A stretch of DNA of 64,000 nt, taken from NCBI GenBank assembly GCA_964016885.1, contig OZ024742.1:73966001-74030000 (forward strand). The letters are read 5' to 3'. Below are positions 48,801-59,382 of the stretch, piece by piece. Position numbers and translations under genes: made by a program. The notes under the pieces were generated by a model. That model saw only the letters and a list, made by a program, of their open reading frames with translations. It made no database searches and was not told where the DNA came from. Each line of letters starts with the position of its first letter. The first letter of the stretch is position 1. Origin of the DNA: Eledone cirrhosa. Its lineage: Eukaryota.

Positions 48801-51800
48801 TACACTGTACATGTAACCCTATATAATACACTGTACCTGTGTACCTATATAATACACTGTACATGTAACCCTATATAATACACTGTATCTGTGTACCTAT
48901 ATAATACACTGTACATGTAACTCTCTATAATACACTGTACATGTAACCCTATATAATACACTGTACATGTATCCCTATATAATACACTGTACATGTAACC
49001 CTATATAATACACTGTACCTGTGCACCAATATAATACACTGTACATGTAACCCTATATAATACACTGTACATGTAACCCTATATAATACACTGTACCTGT
49101 GTACCTATATAATACACTGTACATGTAACCCTATATAATACACTGTATATGTAACCCTATATAATACACTGTACATGTAACCCTATATAATACACTGTAT
49201 ATGTAACCCTATATAATACACTGTACATGTAACCCTATATAATACACTGTATATGTAACCCTATATAATACACTGTACATGTAACCCTATATAATACACT
49301 GTGCATGTAACCCTATATAATACACTGTATATGTAACCCTATATAATACACTGTACCTGTGTACCTATATAATACACTGTACATGTAACCCTATATAATA
49401 CACTGTACCTGTGTACCTATATAATACACTGTACATGTAACCCTATATAATACACTGTACATGTAACCCTATATAATACACTCTACCTGTGTATCTATAT
49501 AATACACTGTACATGTAACCCTATATAATACACTGTACATGTAACCCTATATAATACACTGTACATGTAACCCTATATAATACACTGTACCTCTGTACCT
49601 ATATAATACACTGTACATGTAACCCTATATAATACACTGTACCTGTGTATCTATATAATACACTGTACATGTAACCCTATATAATACACTGTACATGTAA
49701 CCCTATATAATACACTGTACCTGTGTACCTATATAATACACTGTACATGTAACCCTATATAATACACTGTACCTGTGTACCTATATAATACACTGTACAT
49801 GTAACCCGATATAATACACTGTACATGTAACCCTATATAATACACTGTACCTGTGTACCTATATAATACACTGTACATGTAACCCGATATAATACACTGT
49901 ACATGTAACCCTATATAATACACTGTACATGTAACCCGATATAATACACTGTACATGTAACCCTATATAATACACTGTACCTGTGTACCTATATAATACA
50001 CTGTACATGTAACCCTATATAATACACTGTACCTGTGTATCTATATAATACACTGTACATGTAACCCTATATAATACACTGTACATGTAACCCTATATAA
50101 TACACTGTACCTGTGTACCTATATAATACACTGTACCTGTGTACCTATATAATACACTGTACATGTAACCCTATATAATACACTGTACCTGTGTACCTAT
50201 ATAATACACTGTACATGTAACCCGATATAATACACTGTACCTGTGTACCTATATAATACACTGTACCTGTGTACCTATATAATACACTGTACATGTAACC
50301 CTATATAATACACTGTACCTGTGTACCTATATAATACACTGTACATGTAACCCGATATAATACACTGTACATGTAACCCTATATAATACACTGTACCTGT
50401 GTACCTATATAATACACTGTACATGTAACCCGATATAATACACTGTACATGTAACCCTATATAATACACTGTACCTGTGTACCTATATAATACACTGTAC
50501 ATGTAACCCTATATAATACACTGTACATGTAACACTATATAATACGCTGTACATGTAACCCTATATAATACACTGTACCTGTGTACCTATATAATACACT
50601 GTACATGTAACCCTATATAATACACTGTACCTGTGTACCTATATAATACACTGTACATGTAACCCTATATAATACACTGTACCTGTGTACCTATATAATA
50701 CACTGTACATGTAACCCTATATAATACACTGTACATGTAACCCTATATAATGCACTGTACCTGTGTACCTATATAATACACTGTACATGTAACCCTATAT
50801 AATACACTGTACATGTAACCCTATATAATACACTGTACCTGTGTACCTATATAATACACTGTACATGTAACCCTATATAATACACTGTATATGTAACCTT
50901 ATATAATACACTGTACATGTAACCCTATATAATACACTGTACATGTAAACCTATATAATACACTGTACATGTAACCCTATATAATACACTGTACCTGTGT
51001 ACCTATATAATACACTGTACATGTAACCCTATATCATACACTGTACATGTAACCCCATATAATACACTGTACCTGTGTACCTATATAATACACTGTACAT
51101 GTAACCCTATATAATACACTGTACCTGTGTACCTATATAATACACTGTACATGTAACTCTCTATAATACACTGTACATGTAACCCTATATAATACACTGT
51201 ACATGTATCCCTATATAATACACTGTACATGTAACCCTATATAATACACTGTACCTGCGTACCTATATAATACACTGTACATGTAACCCTATATAATACA
51301 CTGTACATGTAACCCTATATAATACACTGTACATGTAACCCTATATAATACACTGTACATGTAACCCTATATAATACACTGTACCTGTGTACCTATATAA
51401 TACACTGTACATGTAACCCTATATAATACACTGTACCTGTGTACCTATATAATACACTGTACATGTAACCCTATATAATACACTGTACCTGTGTCACTAT
51501 ATAATACACTGTACCTGTGTACCTATATAATACACTGTACATGTAACCCTATATAATACACTGTACATGTAACCCTATATAATACACTGTACCTGTGTAC
51601 CTATATAATACACTGTACATGTAACCCTATATAATACACTGTACCTGTGTACCTATATAATACACTGTACATGTAACCCTATATAATACACTGTACCTGT
51701 GTCACTATATAATACACTGTACATGTAACTCTATATAATACACTGTACATGTAACCCTCTATAATACACTGTACATGTAACCCTATATAATACACTGTAC

Positions 51801-54800
51801 ATGTAACCCTATATAATACACTGTACATGTATCCCTATATAATACATTGTACATGTAGCCCTATATAATACACTGTACATGTAACTCTATATAATAGACT
51901 GTACATGTAACCCTCTATAATACACTGTACATGTAACCCTATATAATACACTGTACATGTAACCCTATATAATACACTGTACATGTAACTCTATATAATA
52001 GACTGTACATGTAACCCTATATAATACACTGTACATTGCATGTAACCCTATATAATACACTGTACATGTAACCCTATATAATACACTGTACATGTATCCC
52101 TATATAATACACTGTACATGTAACCCTATATAATACACTGTACATGTAACTCTATATAATAGACTGTACATGTAACCCTATATAATACACTGTATATGTA
52201 ACCCTATATAATACACTGTACATGTAACCCTATATAATACACTGTACATGTAACCCTATATAATACACTGTACATGTAACCCTATATAATACACTGTACA
52301 TGTAACCCTATATAATACACTGTACATGTAACCCTATATAATACACTGTACATGTAAACCTATATAATACACTGTACATGTAACCCTATATAATACACTG
52401 TACCTGTGTACCTATATAATACACTGTACATGTAACCCTATATAATGCACTGTACATGTAACCCTATATAATACACTGTACATGTAAACCTATATAATAC
52501 ACTGTACATGTAACCCTATATAATACACTGTACCTGTGTACCTATATATTACACTGTACATGTAACCCTATATAATGCACTGTACATGTAACCCTATATA
52601 ATACACTGTACCTGTGTACCTATATAATACACTGTACATGTAACCCTATATAATACACTGTACCTGTGTACCTATATAATACACTGTACATGTAACTCTC
52701 TATAATACACTGTACATGTAACCCTATATAATACACTGTACATGTATCCCTATATAATACACTGTACATGTAACCCTATATAATACACTGTACCTGCGTA
52801 CCTATATAATACACTGTACATGTAACCCTATATAATACACTGTACATGTAACCCTATATAATACACTGTACATGTAACCCTATATAATACACTGTACCTG
52901 TGTCACTATTTAATACACTGTACATGTAACTCTATATAATACACTGTACCTGTTTACCTATATAATACACTGTACATGTAACCCTATATATTACACTGTA
53001 CATGTAACCCTATATAATACACTGTACATGTAACCCTATATAATACACTGTACCTGTGTACCTATATAATACACTGTACATGTAACCCTATATAATACAC
53101 TGTACATGTAACCCTATATAATACACTGTACCTGTGTACCTATATAATACACTGTACATGTAACCCTATATAATACACTGTACCTGTGTCACTATATAAT
53201 ACACTGTACCTGTGAACCTATATAATACACTGTACATGTAACCCTATATAATACACTGTACATGTAACCCTATATAATACACTGTACCTGTGTACCTATA
53301 TAATACACTGTACATGTAACCCTATATAATACACTGTACCTGTGTACCTATATAATACACTGTACATGTAACGCTATATAATACACTGTACCTGTGTCAC
53401 TATATAATACACTGTACATGTAACTCTATATAATACACTGTACATGTAACCCTCTATAATACACTGTACATGTAACCCTATATAATACACTGTACATGTA
53501 ACCCTATATAATACACTGTACATGTGTCCCTATATAATACACTGTACATGTAACCCTATATAATACACTGTACATGTAACTCTATATAATAGACTGTACA
53601 TGTAACCCTCTATAATACACTGTACATGTAACCCTATATAATACACTGTACATGTAACCCTTTATAATACACTGTACATGTAACTCTATATAATAGACTG
53701 TACATGTAACCCTATATAATACACTGTACATTGCATGTAACCCTATATAATACACTGTACATGTAACCCTATATAATACACTGTACATGTATCCCTATAT
53801 AATACACTGTACATGTAACCCTATATAATACACTGTACATGTAACCCTATATAATATACTGTACATGTAACCCTATATAATACATTGTACATGTAACCCT
53901 ATATAATACACTGTACATGTAACCCTATATAATACACTGTACATGTAACCCTATATAATACACTGTACATGTAACTCTATATAATAGACTGTACATGTAA
54001 CCCTATATAATACACTGTACATTGCATGTAACCCTATATAATACACTGTACATGTAACCCTATATAATACACTGTACATGTATCCCTATATAATACACTG
54101 TACATGTAACCCTCTATAATACACTGTACATGTAACTCTATATAATACACTGTACTTGTAACCCTATATAATACACTGTACATGTATCCCTATATAATAC
54201 ACTGTACATGTAACCCTATATAATACACTGTACATGTAACTCTATATAATAGACTGTACATGTAACCCTCTATAATACACTGTACATGTAACCCTATATA
54301 ATACACTGTACATGTAACCCTATATAATACACTGTACATGTAACTCTATATAATAGACTGTACATGTAACCCTATATAATACACTGTACATTGCATGTAA
54401 CCCTATATAATACACTGTACATGTAACCCTATATAATACACTGTACATGTATCCCTATATAATACACTGTACATGTAACCCTATATAATACACTGTACAT
54501 GTAACTCTATATAATAGACTGTACATGTAACCCTATATAATACACTGTATATGTAACCCTATATAATACACTGTACATGTAACCCTATATAATACACTGT
54601 ACATGTAACTCTATATAATAGACTGTACATGTAACCCTATATAATACACTGTACATTGCATGTAACCCTATATAATACACTGTACATGTAACCCTATATA
54701 ATACACTGTATATGTAACCCTCTATAATACACTGTACATGTAACCCTATATAATACACTGTACATGTAACCCTATATAATACACTGTACATGTAACCCTC

Positions 54801-55426
54801 TATAATACACTGTACATGTAACCCTATATAATACACTGTACATGTAACCCTCTATAATACACTGTACATGTAACTCTATATAATAGACTGTACATGTAAC
54901 CCTATATAATACACTGTACATTGCATGTAACCCTATATAATACACTGTACATGTAACTCTATATAATAGCCTGTACATGTAACCCTATATAATACACTGT
55001 ACATTGCATGTAACCCTATATAATACACTGTACATTGCATGTAACCCTATATAATACACTGTACATTGCATGTAACCCTGTATAATACACTGTACATGTA
55101 ACCCTATATAATACACTGTACATGTAACCCTATATAATACACTGTACATGTAACTCTATATAATAGACTGTACATGTAACCCTATATAATACACTGTACA
55201 TTGCATGTAACCCTATATAATACACTGTACATTGCATGTAACCCTGTATAATACACAGTACATGTAACCCTATATAATACACTGTACATTGCATGTAACC
55301 CTATATAATACACTGTACATTGCATGTAACCCTGTATAATACACTGTACATTGCATGTAACCCTGTATAATACACAGTACATGTAACCCTATATAATACG
55401 CTGTACATTACATGTGTACCTATATA
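27843..55426. repeat. Satellite 2: 26-bp tandem repeat with type A (TATATAATACACTGTACATGTAACCC) and type B (TATATAATACACTGTACCTGTGTACC) monomers, plus a 31-bp (+TTGCA) variant at the edges; roughly 1050 monomers
   Basis: Direct reading. Variant landmarks recur at exact multiples of 26 (1066, 1560, 4212, 6786 bp). Two further degenerate monomers lie at 55626-55670. Confidence 0.98.
28279..28462 (-). mobile_element. SINE family A inserted in satellite 2, internally deleted
   Basis: Reverse-complement B-box GGATTTGAACTC at ~28378-28389; AGGCACAAGGCC 3' end; flanked by CCCTATATAAT on both sides. Confidence 0.88.
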
Positions 55427-55625
55427 CAGACCTGCCAACCTCTAAAACCCCAAACGGGAAGTACCATGAAAAAAAGTGCCCCAAAATGGGGGGGGGGGGG
55501 TGAGACAAAATGAGGAGATTTTACATAATGAAAACTATACCCATTTTCACCAAAACAGGAAGATGGGGAGAAATGAGCCAAAACGGGTAGATATCCCCGC
55601 TGGACGGGGAGAGTTGACAGGTATA
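55427..55625. mobile_element. ~199-bp MITE-like non-autonomous DNA transposon (hAT-like)
   Basis: Imperfect TIRs CAGACCTGCCAAC / GTTGACAGGTATA (10/13 match). TATATA on both flanks and satellite 2 resumes in register afterwards. Internal AAACGGG-like motifs. Confidence 0.75.
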
Positions 55626-55823
55626 TATATAATACACTGTATAAGTATACCTATATGATACACTGTACACTACATTGCACTTGTTATAGATTTGTGATGA
55701 ATGGTTTCTCTGCTATTTCCATATAAAATACCCTAGTAGTCTCAATTTGAGTTGTTTATTCCCAACAGTTCTCAATGGCCTTTATTTCCTATAATGACCG
55801 AACAATATTTATTTTCTAGACTT

Positions 55824-55879
55824 TAACAACAACAACATCGCCGGCGACGACTTTAACAATAACAATTACAATAACAACA
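55824..55879. repeat. Degenerate (AAC/AAT)n microsatellite
   Basis: aacaacaacaac...aacaataacaattacaataacaac. Confidence 0.65.
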
Positions 55880-56359
55880 TAAAATTATTAGTAATCAGAA
55901 AAGAAAATAGAAAAAGAAAACAGTACTTAAATCAATATTTTAAATTGATTTCTTTATACAATTTTCTTTTTATCCCCAAATGAAATTCAACCAACGTGTA
56001 ATTTCTCACAACATATTTCAAAAGACTTTTCTGCCAGAGATAATGGTAAAACTAGGCAAGGATGTCTTTAATATTTGCAGGAAGAACAAATCATCAAATA
56101 CTCCAAAGTTTTATGGAAAATGTTTATTGATTTCTTCAAAATTGGCCAAAATAGATTTATTTCTATTTAAATAAGTGTAGCCGAGCATCTAGCTGCAAAC
56201 AACTTCTCTGTTTAGCAGTATATCAAACTCTGTATTGATTAGAGATGCTAGCTTCTTTCATAAAATATTATCTCAGTATAAGACAAATTATTTTCTAAGT
56301 TTACATTGCTTCTATTTTGATTAGAACGTTTTTAATATTGCAATTCACAACTGGTTGGC

Positions 56360-56445
56360 GAGAGAGGTGGGAGAAAGAGAGAGAGATGGGGGGGGAGAGA
56401 GAGAGGCGGCAGACATGCAGATAGACAGACAGAGAGAGTGGGGAG
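56360..56445. repeat. GA-rich low-complexity tract
   Basis: (GA)n/(GACA)n purine-rich run. Confidence 0.7.
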
Positions 56446-57183
56446 TATCTAGGTTGGCAACAAGCTTGGAATGAACAATATGTCATCAGAATTGACGGCA
56501 AATACTAACATTATTTTACAGTTTTACGAAGTCTTGAGTTTGAAATACATTGCATTGTCTTGCATTGTCTTAAATTTGCTGTGAATATTTGCAAATATTA
56601 AATAGATTACAGGGAGATGTTTCGATGTTTCGATGATACGTGGAGATCTAACCTTATTGTATTTGTAATACAAGAAATCAAATAAAAAATAAATTGACAC
56701 ATATCGAATTATTTCGTTGAAGAACTGTTCATAACTGGACATTACCACCGCAAATTTCAATTCTTTGTAATTTCATTGTAACCTTTGAAGACATATTAAG
56801 GTTACACCTATGTGTGTCTCTAAAGTGTTCACATGTAAAGCGTGGACAATTTCAAGATTTATTGAGATGTCTTACAGTAAGCTGTCAAAATCGAATTTTG
56901 CCTTGTGCCAAGTATTCATGACTAGAAGTGAACTTCAATAGGTCTGCACAGGAAATTACTCGTTGCTGACAAGGTGGGTAAACGCCAACTATATTATACT
57001 GAGAAGTTCATCCTTATTATTAAACGGATCCTTATCACTAGGAAATATAGTCGATCTTCCTCAGTGTTGGTGCCATTAGAATATCGTCAATAGAGAAAGG
57101 AAAATAAATCAATTATACAAAGTATCTTGGTATACGTGTCAATATAGATGGAGATATATAATATATGTGATCTTATATTTCAC

Positions 57184-57224
57184 GTGTGTATATGTGTGTG
57201 TTTATGTGCGTGTGTGTGAGTGTG

Positions 57225-57264
<40 letters not shown>
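57184..57264. repeat. Compound (TG)n-(TA)n microsatellite
   Basis: Direct reading. Confidence 0.9.
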
Positions 57265-57265
<1 letters not shown>

Positions 57266-57315
57266 TTCAATGAAAAAAGGAGGTTGGATTCCATATATTC
57301 TTTTAATGATGCAAA

Positions 57316-57363
57316 ATCATGATACGTATTTCTATGGCTAACAAGCTCACTTCATCAGGTCAT
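57316..57363 (-). ncRNA. Degenerate minimal type I hammerhead-ribozyme-like motif
   Basis: Minus strand reads atgac-CTGATGA-agtgagcttgttagccata-GAAA-tacgta-TC-atgat. Core boxes intact and stem III palindromic (ATACGTAT), but stems I and II are imperfect. Confidence 0.45.
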
Positions 57364-57441
57364 AACGCAAGACCTATGGTGACGTTTTCGGGTGTTATTC
57401 ACATAAAAGATCAAGTAATCAGTTACTGGATTACACCAAAA

Positions 57442-57912
57442 TACGAGGGTGGTTCAAAAAGTTCGTGGAAAAAGTACATAGTTAAAAATCATATGTAGGG
57501 ATTTGGATCTCAATGACCCTGTACGTTCTCGTACTAACGTGTCATAACATTTTCTAACACAAACCATTAAAATCATGTTGCAACGCGGCGCCACCAGTCG
57601 GAAGTCAGCACCCGCTTGAGCAACATGATCTCCATCAAAACATCAAGTTCATGGTGAAGCCAGGGTGAAAGAGCAACCAAATCATTGACGCTCTGGAACA
57701 AGTTTCTGGGGACAATGCCACAAAGAAATCAACAACCTATAAATGGCTAAGTCGTTTTAGAAGTGGAAGAGATGAGATTGAAGATGATCCCTAGTTGAAG
57801 ATGTAAAAAAGCTGCTTTGACATGGTTTAAATCGCGTGGCTCTCAGTTGTACACAGATTGACTTAAAGGCTGGTATAAACGCTAACAGAAGTGTATTGAC
57901 TTAGATGGAGTA
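57442..57912 (+). mobile_element. Internally deleted mariner transposon, Hsmar2-like (irritans subfamily); transposase pseudogene
   Basis: TA followed by the TIR CGAGGGTGGTTCAAAAAGTTCGTGGAAAA. 57639-57791 translates NIKFMVKPG*KSNQIIDALEQVSGDNATKKSTTYKWLSRFRSGRDEIEDDP (HTH region), joined to C-terminal VEDVK/AALTWFKSRGSQLYTD*LKGWYKR*QKCIDLDG. Right TIR not seen. Confidence 0.88.
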
Positions 57913-58076
57913 TTTAAGTATTTAACTCCGTTCCTGCACTAATCTTGAGATAACACAGGTACGATGGATGATACACATAACGTTGAGTGTTTTCGCTTAT
58001 TGTTAATTGGTCTGCTAATCGGAATGACTAGATCTACTCATTAGTTAAATTATCCAACATAAATGGTATACACACA

Positions 58077-58078
<2 letters not shown>

Positions 58079-58145
<67 letters not shown>

Positions 58146-58182
58146 GTGTGTGTGTGCGTGTGCGTGTGTGTGTGTGTGTGTG
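58079..58182. repeat. (TG)n microsatellite
   Basis: Near-perfect TG run of about 100 bp. Confidence 0.95.
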
Positions 58183-58337
58183 CACCATTTATGATGGACG
58201 ACTTAACTAATCGCTGCTTTCACCCTTAACGGGATCTTCTGAAACTAAAAAAGTCAATTAAAAAGTCAATCTGTGAACGCAGAAGTAAATAATTCAAAAA
58301 AACGTTGCAACCGGAGGAAGACAGGAAGATGATACTT

Positions 58338-58616
58338 TGGTTCGTGGAAACGTTCCCTGGCATAGAACGCAAAAAAAAACGAAGATAATACGTCATTATC
58401 TGGTGCGTTGAAAACAATTAAACGTAAAGAAAAAACCACGTTTATGGTATAAATGAAGTCATAGACTAATATTCTATTAGGTGGTTCATGGAGACGTTCT
58501 CTGGCAATGAACGGGAAAAACGAAGATAATACGTCATAATGAGGAGTGGTGAGCACAATTGCACGCAAAGACACGTAAAAGGTATAACTGAAGTCGTAGA
58601 CTAAAATTCTAACTAG
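58338..58616. repeat. Diverged tandem duplication, two units of about 140 bp
   Basis: TGGTTC(G/A)TGGA(A/G)ACGTT..AAAAACGAAGATAATA..CGTCAT..GGTATAA(A/C)TGAAGTC(A/G)TAGACTAA(T/A)ATTCTA occurs at 58338-58480 and 58482-58616. Confidence 0.8.
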
Positions 58617-58965
58617 GAAACCGAATGATTCTCTGCTTCAGAGTTAAAAATAAAGTAAATAAAATACAGAGGTTATTGAAATTAAATAAATACATACACG
58701 CATCCATATACGTGCATACACAAGCATACGCGAAAACACTCGCCATAGGTATACAAATACAAGCACGTACACAAAAAAAAACGCACGCACATACAGAACC
58801 CACGCAACGCCTGTACCCGCACACATACGAAAGTATACACCAAATACACATAAACTTTAATCTGTTATTTTAATAAATATTTGCTCTAGGGTTCTTATAT
58901 ATTTGATATATATTTATCCTTATCGAGCCCTGTTTGGATTTTAGTCTTCAAATTTATTATTATTA

Positions 58966-58966
<1 letters not shown>

Positions 58967-59044
<78 letters not shown>

Positions 59045-59053
59045 ATATATATA
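58967..59053. repeat. Compound (CT)n-(TA)n microsatellite
   Basis: Direct reading. Confidence 0.95.
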
Positions 59054-59090
59054 CCCATCTAATACAAGTGGTTGATTGAATGTGATATAC

Positions 59091-59139
59091 ACGCCTTTTG
59101 AAGAGGGTCCAATTAGATCCGAAAATCAATTAAAGGTGT
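59091..59139 (+). ncRNA. Minimal type I hammerhead ribozyme fold (core C3 mutated to U); probable Penelope-like element remnant
   Basis: ACGCCTT-TTGAAGA-GGGTC(caatta)GATCC-GAAA-ATCAAT-TA-AAGGTGT. Stem I has 7 bp and stem II 5 bp, each fully paired with one G-U; stem III is near-palindromic (AATCAATT). Confidence 0.7.
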
Positions 59140-59382
59140 TTATCTTTTTTTCAATTTTCACGGAATTCTTATTTCCTGGCAGATTCATATGCCTACATAT
59201 TAGATATGTGTATATATTTATATAGACGTTGGTTCAGTCACAGTTGCATAATGTATTTATACAGATATAACTTTATCATACACGTGGGCTGCTAGATGTG
59301 GGCTCCGTAAGCCGCAACCCGTCTAAGAAGGCAGATACTCCAAATAAAAACTAACACAGGATGGAGAGGACTCTTGAGTCCA

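Noticed and set aside
33194-55382. Repeated MYSVLYR.. ORFs as a peptide gene family
   Set aside because: Translations of the 26-bp satellite that open only where a point variant (e.g. CCCGAT) removes a TAG stop.
27843-55426. True telomere or interstitial telomeric array; p53 response elements
   Set aside because: Only one 8-nt telomeric match per monomer, with no (TTAGGG)n runs. GTACATGTAA does not fit RRRCWWGYYY.
55980-57100. Possible host exons or ORFs in unique AT-rich DNA
   Set aside because: Frames I translated hit stops; no convincing splice-bounded reading frame or homology recognised.
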